DNA from: an uncultured virus (IMG/VR IMGVR_UViG_3300021197_001811)
Taxonomy: Duplodnaviria; Heunggongvirae; Uroviricota; Caudoviricetes
DNA: 64,000 nt
Reading direction: 5' to 3' (one strand)
IMG/VR virus record: IMGVR_UViG_3300021197_001811
Shown here: positions 15,137 through 22,871 of the stretch, one piece after another
How the letters are laid out: every line of letters starts with the position of its first letter
Numbering within the stretch: position 1 is the first letter of the stretch
The notes under the pieces: model-generated
Seen by the model: the letters and a program-made list of their open reading frames with translations, nothing else
The model's database searches: none
Told to the model about the DNA's origin: nothing
Position numbers and translations under genes: made by a program

Positions 15137-15685
15137 TTACAATCTTTTTATTATTTTCTGTATTTCTTGCTCGTTTAGGTCTTTCACAAGCTTCTTCTTT
15201 GTATACTCTATCTCAATCCAGATGTTGTCTTCGTCTCCGAATACTACGCTCTTTATAATAAAGCCTTTCCAGTGCCAAGTTGCTTCGTGCTCCTGCAAGC
15301 CTCCCTGAAGCGCGTAACACTCTCTGTAGTATATCATGTCATCGAGTAGGGGATCTCTTGTTGAGGCCATACTACGGACAGGTCCATACTTTCTCTCCAG
15401 AAGCCTATTCACCTCTTTGTATTTCACAATACAGTTTGCTTCGTTAAGTCCAGATGGGCCGAGTATGAGTGTTGCGCGAGCTATCTTATTGCTGGAGAAC
15501 TCAAGAAACATTTCAGTTTCTAAATCCGCTATATCGGAGGACCCAAGATAAGACGCCTTGCCCCACTCCATGTCGCCGTACCAATATACGAACTCTTCTA
15601 TCTGAGGTAGGTTTGTTTGTTTCTGGTCCCAGGCTAATCCTAACGGATTGATGAGGGCGACCAGTATTGCAAAAATTGTGGCCAT
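15137..15685 (-). CDS. secreted/periplasmic hypothetical protein
   Basis: N-terminal hydrophobic signal. Confidence 0.65.
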   Translation of the reverse strand: MATIFAILVALINPLGLAWDQKQTNLPQIEEFVYWYGDMEWGKASYLGSSDIADLETEMFLEFSSNKIARATLILGPSGLNEANCIVKYKEVNRLLERKYGPVRSMASTRDPLLDDMIYYRECYALQGGLQEHEATWHWKGFIIKSVVFGDEDNIWIEIEYTKKKLVKDLNEQEIQKIIKRL

Positions 15686-15736
15686 TACTATAACTATTGT
15701 ACCACAATGTTTTTTTACTGTTTAGTCTTTTTTCGA

Positions 15737-15955
15737 TTAATCATGATAGTGACAAATATGGATATCTTCGCAGACATGATCTTCCCGCTCTTCAATCCAG
15801 CAGTGGTACCGATCACAGTACTCGACTTCGTAATACTCTGTCCAACAATCGTATTCCGTGTGAGTATAGTTGTGGTCTCGTGGATTACATTCGTACTCGT
15901 AGTAACATCCAGTGACGGAGAGGGCGATAAGAATTGACAAGATTGCCTTAATCAT
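15737..15955 (-). CDS. Cys/His/Tyr-rich small lipoprotein
   Basis: MIKAILSILIALSVTGC lipobox; promoter 15997-16025. Confidence 0.65.
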   Translation of the reverse strand: MIKAILSILIALSVTGCYYEYECNPRDHNYTHTEYDCWTEYYEVEYCDRYHCWIEEREDHVCEDIHICHYHD

Positions 15956-16030
15956 TTCGTTTCCTTTTCTCAAGGTTTGTTTCAACTTGTATATATATGA
16001 TATGCTATTTTTGACGAAAAGTCAAGTACT

Positions 16031-16255
16031 TTATTCACAAGAATTTAAAAAACAAAACTTATTCGTGTTACCGACTTCCATACACTCTTCCGTACAGGGC
16101 TTGTTGTGTAGCGATGTGCCTGGGTCCCAACAGAGCCAGCCGTCGAAGCAGACTTCCGCATCGGTGACCGAACATTCAAGGTCTTGGTCTAAATCTTCTT
16201 GCGTGCCCACGGAATCGCAGGCCATCAATAGCAGAAATATTGTTATCCATCTCAT
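16031..16255 (-). CDS. Cys-rich small lipoprotein
   Basis: MRWITIFLLLMAC lipobox. Confidence 0.65.
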   Translation of the reverse strand: MRWITIFLLLMACDSVGTQEDLDQDLECSVTDAEVCFDGWLCWDPGTSLHNKPCTEECMEVGNTNKFCFLNSCE

Positions 16256-16294
16256 GAATTGGATTATAACAGAACTTGACAGTTATTTAAAGGA

Positions 16295-16567
16295 TTATTT
16301 TCCTTGAGGCCTTTTCCAGCCTTTGTTTTTCCGCTTAGTTCGTTTCTTGATCTCTGCGACATCTTTCTGAAGGCTTTTGACGTCTAAAGATAGTAGTCTT
16401 ACTTCTTTTGCGACGAGTGACTCTTTATTAGCGTGATGGACAGTTGCTTGGGTGGTTACCACATTTGATTCCGTTGTCTTCTGCATCACCATGAGCGCGG
16501 CAAGCGAGAGGCCAAGTAAGAGTACAATTGCTATAATGTTTACTGTCTTTTCTAGGTTCATTGTCAT
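16295..16567 (-). CDS. membrane-anchored coiled-coil protein (possible i-spanin)
   Basis: N-terminal TM, heptads, directly downstream of the endolysin. Confidence 0.5.
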   Translation of the reverse strand: MTMNLEKTVNIIAIVLLLGLSLAALMVMQKTTESNVVTTQATVHHANKESLVAKEVRLLSLDVKSLQKDVAEIKKRTKRKNKGWKRPQGK

Positions 16568-16630
16568 TGTTTCGCGATTCTCCTTCTTTAGTAAATATAC
16601 AGTTACCTTACAAAAATCTAAAATATTAAC

Positions 16631-17023
16631 TCAGGGTCTCATCCCAGATCCGTACCATCTAGCATTGCGACCTCTGATATCGTAATGAACAAAGGTTTTG
16701 TATAGGCCCACACCACCGGAGTCCATCTTACCAGCTTTTATCAGGGCCTTGATTGTGTCAGCTAGTTCTTTGGTATCCATACCAGATACATGAAGGTCAG
16801 CAGCGGTAGCCAACATATGCTGAGACTTTTTGACTCCTCCAACCCTCTTGTTGTACTCTGGGCTTCTATACCCCGAAACAACCCTGATAGGCCTTGCGAT
16901 GTGCTCTCGAAGAACTTGCAAGTTGTTTGCCAATCTTTCGAGGCTCTCCATCAACTCTGGCGGAGTTGTTGTTCCATCCTTGCAGTCAAATTCTTGTTTT
17001 GAAAAGTTATCTGTAAGCCTCAT
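16631..17023 (-). CDS. peptidase M15A family endolysin
   Basis: NFS..EF.CKDG, SGYRS, SQH...AAD, FVHYD Zn ligands. Confidence 0.9.
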   Translation of the reverse strand: MRLTDNFSKQEFDCKDGTTTPPELMESLERLANNLQVLREHIARPIRVVSGYRSPEYNKRVGGVKKSQHMLATAADLHVSGMDTKELADTIKALIKAGKMDSGGVGLYKTFVHYDIRGRNARWYGSGMRP

Positions 17024-17946
17024 TGTCCAATGATCTCCCTGTACTTGAGGAGGGCAACCTCCTTCATCTTACATTCTAGCATAACATCGTGCGTTTGTCC
17101 ATAGTTGTCTATCGGGTTCACAATATAATCTGAGTGTGCTTGTGGTCGGATCTTGGGATCGTCGTACTCTGCAGCTCTTGACTCTGATAGATGCACAACG
17201 GGCTTGATACCTGCAGGCCAAGTCGAGGCTGCCAGCTTTAGCGCTTCCTCCTCAGTTTGTCCGCCAGTACAGAACCTGTGATGATGATAGTCAAAAACAA
17301 TTGGTACCCTAACTGCTTTATGAATTCTGTCATAGATGTGCTTCGTACTCCACATGCTTGGCTTGTCGTCGTTCTCCAGCGTTACGCGGTTCTGACAATT
17401 TGGCGACAGCTTGAGGAAGCCCTCGCACCAACGAACTGCGGTGTTGCCAAAGTCACCACCGTAAGTACCACCGACATGAATATTGATCTTGTTGTATGGT
17501 GTCGCGTCGATAAAGCCCATCAGGTCGAACACCTCTGAGTGAGTCTCCAACTCTTTGATAGTCTTGCGAACTGTCTCGGGGTTCGGGGAGCCCAGTACGT
17601 TGAACGGGCCAGGGTGCGTAGTGATGCGGTGACCGTTGCGTGTGGCATACTCACCAGCCTGATCAAGCTCCCAAGCGATGTCATCGAAGCCAGGTAGGTC
17701 GCGCAAGTTGTACTCACTGGACCAAGGGAACAGATCACTACTTAGGCGATAGAACTTGATGTCGTGAGCCTCATTCCACGCAAGGATCGTACGCAAGTCC
17801 TTGCAGTTCTGCAAGGCCAGTTCAGAAGCGTACTCAAGACCCCTATCTCGGAAGGTGCGCTTGATCATCGATCGATTAGTAGTGACTCGACGGGACTTCG
17901 GTACATCAGACAAAGACATGTTGATGCAGGCATAACCGTAATTCAT
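17020..17946 (-). CDS. uvsE: UV damage endonuclease UvsE/UVDE
   Basis: GYACIN, FYRLSSDLFP, HPGPF, LENDD, FDYHHH, HSDY, MLECK. Confidence 0.95.
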   Translation of the reverse strand: MNYGYACINMSLSDVPKSRRVTTNRSMIKRTFRDRGLEYASELALQNCKDLRTILAWNEAHDIKFYRLSSDLFPWSSEYNLRDLPGFDDIAWELDQAGEYATRNGHRITTHPGPFNVLGSPNPETVRKTIKELETHSEVFDLMGFIDATPYNKINIHVGGTYGGDFGNTAVRWCEGFLKLSPNCQNRVTLENDDKPSMWSTKHIYDRIHKAVRVPIVFDYHHHRFCTGGQTEEEALKLAASTWPAGIKPVVHLSESRAAEYDDPKIRPQAHSDYIVNPIDNYGQTHDVMLECKMKEVALLKYREIIGQ

Positions 17947-17967
17947 TGTATCTCCAGTTTTTTTATT

Positions 17968-17996
17968 ATTATATCAATTGTTTTCTGGTTTGTCAA
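17968..17996 (-). promoter_or_regulatory. consensus sigma70 promoter TTGACA-N17-TATAAT (TGn extended) upstream of uvsE
   Basis: read directly. Confidence 0.85.
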
Positions 17997-18189
17997 CACC
18001 AAACTCTGATTTGTACCACAATCTTTCGTGGCCGTAGTATAGGAACATCTTTGTGAAAAGCTCAAGCACACCAATAGACGCACCAACTTTAATATCGCCA
18101 GATATCCACCAACCCAAGAGCATCGTGTCGATAGTGCCGACAAGACGCCAGGTGATTGCTTTTGCTAGATGTCGTTTCTTGTGTACCAT
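17974..18189 (-). CDS. DUF2061 membrane protein
   Basis: KAITWR...TKMFLYYGHERLW signature. Confidence 0.8.
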   Translation of the reverse strand: MVHKKRHLAKAITWRLVGTIDTMLLGWWISGDIKVGASIGVLELFTKMFLYYGHERLWYKSEFGVDKPENN

Positions 18190-18197
18190 TTAGATAA

Positions 18198-19214
18198 TTA
18201 GTTCTCGACTACAGAAAGCTTAGGAGCGGCTCGAAGATCAGTAAGGCCAAATTTATCTTTTTTGTGCTGCTTTGTATGCACAATTCTGTAGTCTTTAATA
18301 CCTAACTTTTGGAAATATCCTTCTAGCTTTTCTACCGCACTCTTCCTGTCTTTGTTGATATCGTCTCGTGTTTTTCCTACCAAATTTGAGTAAGAAATCA
18401 CAATTGTTTGTTTGATTGAGGGATCAGTCACCGATTGTTCAAGCAAGCTGCCTCCGATATTTGGAGAAATGCGTGCATTATCGCGTAGGACTTGGACATG
18501 TTCTCCTCCACTAATTGATTTGAAATCACTGCCTTCCCATTTTGTTCCCCCGAGATCTTTATACAAGCTAATGAGGTCTTTGTTCGTATGTGTTTTAAAA
18601 CCAGATCTGGCAATAGCAGATGGAGCAATCAAATCTTCGATCCTGTTTGCGAACCACTTTGATAAACGCGGTCGATTAGGATACAACTCTTCCTTGAACC
18701 ACTTGCCCCCTATCTTGCAATACTCTTTAACATCTTCAGCACTATTCTTGTCCAAGAATTTGTCACTGTTTCTTGCTTTGATTATCTTACAAAGGCGGCC
18801 TGATTCCAGGCGACGGCTGATGGCGCCCTTCATATCGTCTTCGGTAGCGGGGGTGTTACCCAGGTGGTCATTTCCTGCGTCTTGCCAGTCTTCCCATTGT
18901 TCGTCAGTAAATCCAAGCTCTGTATCCATGAAGTCGCATATCCACACATCAACTCCCGCTTCGAGGGCCGCCTTAGCTCGTGTGATGCCCTCCATACAAA
19001 CTTCGCCATTCCGCTTTACCGAAATTGGAACCTTTTGCTTTATTCCATTCCTAAACTGTGTTGCGTATTCATTGATTCTATCCTGCTGATTACCATTGAT
19101 TCGAGCGGTTTGTTTGAACACTTTAATCTTCTTTGGGTCAACAGACCTGCAGCTTTTCAGGACTTTTTCTGCTCCGTAGACACTCTTTAGTTTTTCAAAT
19201 TGCTTTTCATTCAT
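18198..19214 (-). CDS. ParB/Srx-like domain protein
   Basis: GIKQKVPISV...EGITRAKAALEAG resembles the ParB PI.V...GxxR..A motif. Confidence 0.5.
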   Translation of the reverse strand: MNEKQFEKLKSVYGAEKVLKSCRSVDPKKIKVFKQTARINGNQQDRINEYATQFRNGIKQKVPISVKRNGEVCMEGITRAKAALEAGVDVWICDFMDTELGFTDEQWEDWQDAGNDHLGNTPATEDDMKGAISRRLESGRLCKIIKARNSDKFLDKNSAEDVKEYCKIGGKWFKEELYPNRPRLSKWFANRIEDLIAPSAIARSGFKTHTNKDLISLYKDLGGTKWEGSDFKSISGGEHVQVLRDNARISPNIGGSLLEQSVTDPSIKQTIVISYSNLVGKTRDDINKDRKSAVEKLEGYFQKLGIKDYRIVHTKQHKKDKFGLTDLRAAPKLSVVEN

Positions 19215-20128
19215 TAGTCTTCTTGTCTCCCTTCCGAGGCTTCATTAATAATATACTCTGTTCTCTCGATTCTGTCAACACTTTTCTTAAAGAACTCTTC
19301 GTCAAGTTCGCATCCAACAAAACTTCTTCCTAGCTTCTTTGCTGCCACAGCGGTTGTAGCCGAGCCTGCAAACGGATCGAGGATAGTGTCTCCTTCGTTG
19401 GAGTGCTTCTTAATAAGCGCCTCGAACAATGGTAAGCTCTTCTGTGTTGGATGAAACCTGTCCTTCCCACCTTGCAGAGGGAACTCGTAGATAGCCTTAT
19501 CGTACTTGCTGTTGAACGTGGAGCTTCCGACCTTCACACCTGACAGTGCGATCTCCCTACAGTTTGTGAGATAGTTCCTGCTGCTGTTGATTGGCTGAGG
19601 GTTTGTCTTAATCCACTCGATGAATCTGTGTTGCTTGAACTTATTGGTCTCTAGTATCTGCTTAAGATCTGTGATCTTCCAGAGGTCGAAGAAGATGATA
19701 GCTGAGCCACCTTTCCTCAACACTCTATAGAATTCACTGACAAATTCACTTAAGGCCTCGAGCGTGAACTGGGAATCCCACTCTCCGTAGTCTGTTGTGA
19801 CGGCATACTTCTTCCCGTAGATACTACCATACTTTAGATAGTCCTCTTTCATCTTGGATAGTTCACTCGTCCAGTTCTCTTTCTTCACCTTGCTGTTCTC
19901 GAACCACTCGATCCAGTCTTCAGCAGTCTTGTATTCATTCCACTGCTCGATGGTCTTTACGTTCTTTGCGCCTGCCTTGTCTTGCTTTGCAACATGATCT
20001 ACCCATTTGTCCATACCAGTTTCTCTGGATGTTATGTACGGAGGATCTGTTAGTATGAGATCTATGGAGTTGCTCTCTACCGTCTTCAGGAACTCTAGTC
20101 CTTCTTTGTTTTCAAATCTGATATTCAT
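19214..20128 (-). CDS. beta-class N6-A/N4-C DNA methyltransferase
   Basis: DPPY, HPTQKS, ILDPFAGSATT, GCEL. Confidence 0.92.
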   Translation of the reverse strand: MNIRFENKEGLEFLKTVESNSIDLILTDPPYITSRETGMDKWVDHVAKQDKAGAKNVKTIEQWNEYKTAEDWIEWFENSKVKKENWTSELSKMKEDYLKYGSIYGKKYAVTTDYGEWDSQFTLEALSEFVSEFYRVLRKGGSAIIFFDLWKITDLKQILETNKFKQHRFIEWIKTNPQPINSSRNYLTNCREIALSGVKVGSSTFNSKYDKAIYEFPLQGGKDRFHPTQKSLPLFEALIKKHSNEGDTILDPFAGSATTAVAAKKLGRSFVGCELDEEFFKKSVDRIERTEYIINEASEGRQED

Positions 20129-20361
20129 TCAAAACCTTTTACAACTTCTTCAACCACAATAAGACTACCGTGATTTAATGTGTTCTCATTATAGCAATGA
20201 TAGCCGTACTTGTCAACCATTTTCTCAACAATCCTCCTCATTCTGTTTGAATTGCCAGTGATGATGCGACAAGGTATCTCTGCCCAGTTAAGAAAACTAG
20301 CTACCGTATCTTCTACGTCTTTATGCTTTGTTTTGTGAAGGTCTAGCGTCTTAAGGCTCAT
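20125..20361 (-). CDS. Smr domain protein
   Basis: LDLH...IITG.S...N.G.L.V. Confidence 0.75.
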   Translation of the reverse strand: MSLKTLDLHKTKHKDVEDTVASFLNWAEIPCRIITGNSNRMRRIVEKMVDKYGYHCYNENTLNHGSLIVVEEVVKGFE

Positions 20362-20480
20362 AGAAAGCTATCGTAGTCTTTGTCCCTATCGGAAGGGTTC
20401 TTGCTACAATCGCGGGCGATGAGGGTCAGAAACCAGGCCCACACTGACACTAAAAGTAATATTATTGCTGCTTTTTCCAT
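20358..20480 (-). CDS. 40-aa membrane micropeptide
   Basis: MEKAAIILLLVSVWAWFLTLIARD...; ATGA coupling to the Smr gene. Confidence 0.5.
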   Translation of the reverse strand: MEKAAIILLLVSVWAWFLTLIARDCSKNPSDRDKDYDSFL

Positions 20481-20525
20481 CTTAACCAACCCCAAACTAA
20501 CACTAAAAGTGATATTATTATTGCT

Positions 20526-20750
20526 TTAGCCATCTTTAACTAACTCTATTTCATCCTTCCATACCCACCAACTCTTCCCTATACAGGAAAAGTAAACCTG
20601 ATAGTCGCAGCTTCCCCAAGTCGCGTCGTCCACAACGACGAACCCTAACGAACCTTTTGGAATCGTATAGGGTGACCAAGGTGACCCCTGGCGCACTGAG
20701 TCAGGGTGCGTGATGCTCTTTCTTGTCTTTACCAAATCACCGATTTTCAA
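20526..20750 (-). CDS. SH3/KOW-like microprotein (MKIGDLV)
   Basis: family motif, TTG start. Confidence 0.7.
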   Translation of the reverse strand: MKIGDLVKTRKSITHPDSVRQGSPWSPYTIPKGSLGFVVVDDATWGSCDYQVYFSCIGKSWWVWKDEIELVKDG

Positions 20751-20917
20751 TTCCCCAAGATCCTTAAATACTTAAATTCTACCATTTTGCTAGAGTTGTA
20801 TGTTTGCCAATACACTTGTGCTCTACCTGTTAGCTCGTCTATTGAAATAACTACGCCAACTAATCGTCGAGTTATCGCGATATACTCAACCAAGTCACCA
20901 GTCCGAACGTGTATCAA
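20747..20917 (-). CDS. SH3/KOW-like microprotein (VRTGDLV), absent from ORF track
   Basis: hand translation, 56 aa, 4-nt overlaps at both ends. Confidence 0.65.
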   Translation of the reverse strand: MIHVRTGDLVEYIAITRRLVGVVISIDELTGRAQVYWQTYNSSKMVEFKYLRILGN

Positions 20918-21450
20918 CGACTGCGTCGGGTGCGTCTCTTACTGCTGTGAGAAGAACGCCTTACCACTCTCTTTGTTTTATTGCGGGTGGCCTTAACCTT
21001 ACGAGCCTTTCTCACTGGACGACGGTGAGACTTTACTCTTTTTCGGCCATGTCGGACGGAGACTCCAACTCTTCTTGTTGGTGTAATCCTTCGTCCTCTT
21101 ACAGGGCGCTTAGAGAACTGTACCCGCGAAGTGTGACCTCTAGGGTGGTGTCGGCGATGCGCTCTTCGTGTGTGGTGGCGTCGAGCTGGGCGCCTGTGGC
21201 GATGGTGATGGGATCGGTAACCGAAAAAGCTACCAAAGGTGATCCTTATACTTGGGGTTGTCCAATAGTTAACATAAGTATCCTCGACCAAATATAGCTT
21301 CTGCGAAGTTGGAAGCTCGTTTACTCGGTACACGATGTCTGGTGCAGAAGTTACAATGTTTGTGTTCTCCTCTACGTAGCACCCATCGCTTACCCAGCCT
21401 ATCGAAGTACCACTAACGATGTATAGGATACAGGCTTGTACGGTGATCAT
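20914..21450 (-). CDS. protein with Arg/His-rich basic C-terminal half
   Basis: low-complexity R/H/K tail; AAGG SD and ATGA coupling. Confidence 0.55.
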   Translation of the reverse strand: MITVQACILYIVSGTSIGWVSDGCYVEENTNIVTSAPDIVYRVNELPTSQKLYLVEDTYVNYWTTPSIRITFGSFFGYRSHHHRHRRPARRHHTRRAHRRHHPRGHTSRVQFSKRPVRGRRITPTRRVGVSVRHGRKRVKSHRRPVRKARKVKATRNKTKRVVRRSSHSSKRRTRRSR

Positions 21451-21725
21451 GGGCCTTCCTCACAAGTTTGACTAAAGGTTAAGTCTTCTAGTTCTTTGAG
21501 CTTCTCAAGACACACAATGTTCTCCTCCGCGAGCGCGTTGCTGCGTTCTCTAAAAGATTGCGCGTAGTTATACAGGACCACACACTCTGATGGAAGGTTT
21601 AGAGTTTCAGCGGGATACACAAGATGGACATAGCAAGCAGTTGCGTATCCCAATGCAACTAAAGCCATTATTCTAAAGTACTTCATTACTTTGCTCTTTG
21701 AATTCATTGTTGTTGTTTCATTCAT
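21447..21725 (-). CDS. membrane-anchored hypothetical protein
   Basis: ATG 21725 leaderless after promoter 21733-21760; one TM. Confidence 0.55.
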   Translation of the reverse strand: MNETTTMNSKSKVMKYFRIMALVALGYATACYVHLVYPAETLNLPSECVVLYNYAQSFRERSNALAEENIVCLEKLKELEDLTFSQTCEEGP

Positions 21726-21763
21726 ATTATTAATTATACCATAAAAGGTTAAGCTGTCAAGTA

Positions 21764-22042
21764 TTATTTCTCTATTACGTTTTGTGAACCAATTTTTATG
21801 AGCCAGTGATCCGATACCCATCCGCGCTCATATCCGTCTCGGAGAACTGCAGGACGATTCTCAAAAAAATCCCCATACTCTGTACCAGGAATCATGCGTA
21901 TAAGCACCTTATTAGATCGACCTGGAAAAGAACCCGAAGGGGAATCTGTTGAGATTATCATCCCGAGCCAGCTTCTTCCGTACAGTATGTGATACACTAA
22001 ATCACCTACTGTTAGATTCGCTTCCCTTTTCCAAATTGTCAC
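21764..22042 (-). CDS. SH3-like protein (LTVGDLV)
   Basis: family motif. Confidence 0.6.
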   Translation of the reverse strand: MTIWKREANLTVGDLVYHILYGRSWLGMIISTDSPSGSFPGRSNKVLIRMIPGTEYGDFFENRPAVLRDGYERGWVSDHWLIKIGSQNVIEK

Positions 22043-22277
22043 CGTTCTTTCTTTGCTCCGTTATTTCACGATTCGCCGTCACAGAAACGACGCCTAAAGT
22101 AACTAAACACAAGATCCACAAAACAACCACATAATTACGAAAATTACTCATTATCTCTTAATGCTTATCACCTTTTTTGCTTCTTCAGCGGAGGCCTTTG
22201 ATTCTGACAGGTGGCGCATAGAAAATATCATCGCCGTCATCAAAGCAGCGAGAAGGCCAATTTTCCAATCAAACTTG

Positions 22278-22868
22278 CTAGACCTCTTCATATGATGTAA
22301 TCCTAACTATTGCAGATATCTTAGACACGTATTTCTGTGCAACGTCTGACCTGCCTCTGCTTCGAGCCTCTTCTATCAGAAACTTTAGTTTCTTAAACGA
22401 TCTCTCACAGTTTATATAAAACTCAAGCGCATTGAAGACTCCCTCGACAGACGCCTTTACAAAAGAGTTTCCCTTGTTTCGGAAGGTCATCACCGTATTC
22501 GACGAATTCGTAAACTGAATCGAGACCTCTATTTCTGCGTCCGCTCCTGATGCTCTTCTTTTGCTAAAATCGGGCCTTGTGTTGAACGCCTCAAACGATA
22601 TGTTCTTTAAAGAGGGGAACTTCTCAGAATAGTGTCCCAACATTCCAGTGAATAAAGCATCAAGGACGCCATAACCCTCTGCAGAGACTTCTTTTACTGG
22701 GCCGTCTCCTTCTCGGAACCTACAGCTTATCTCCGTAGTGTCTTTGCTGAAGTCTTCCTGCAATGATACGCTTTCTATGTTTAAGCTTAAGCACTCCTCT
22801 GCTAGTACTTCTTTTGTGATTTGGTAAATTTGTGTTCTGCGGGCCTCTTCAACGGTCCTTCTTAGCAT
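22278..22868 (-). CDS. stand-alone LeuA (alpha-isopropylmalate synthase) allosteric/regulatory domain-like protein
   Basis: AEGYGVLDAL...L..ISFEAF...AEIEVSI...FVKASVEG pattern of the LeuA dimer domain. Confidence 0.6.
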   Translation of the reverse strand: MLRRTVEEARRTQIYQITKEVLAEECLSLNIESVSLQEDFSKDTTEISCRFREGDGPVKEVSAEGYGVLDALFTGMLGHYSEKFPSLKNISFEAFNTRPDFSKRRASGADAEIEVSIQFTNSSNTVMTFRNKGNSFVKASVEGVFNALEFYINCERSFKKLKFLIEEARSRGRSDVAQKYVSKISAIVRITSYEEV

Positions 22869-22871
22869 CTT

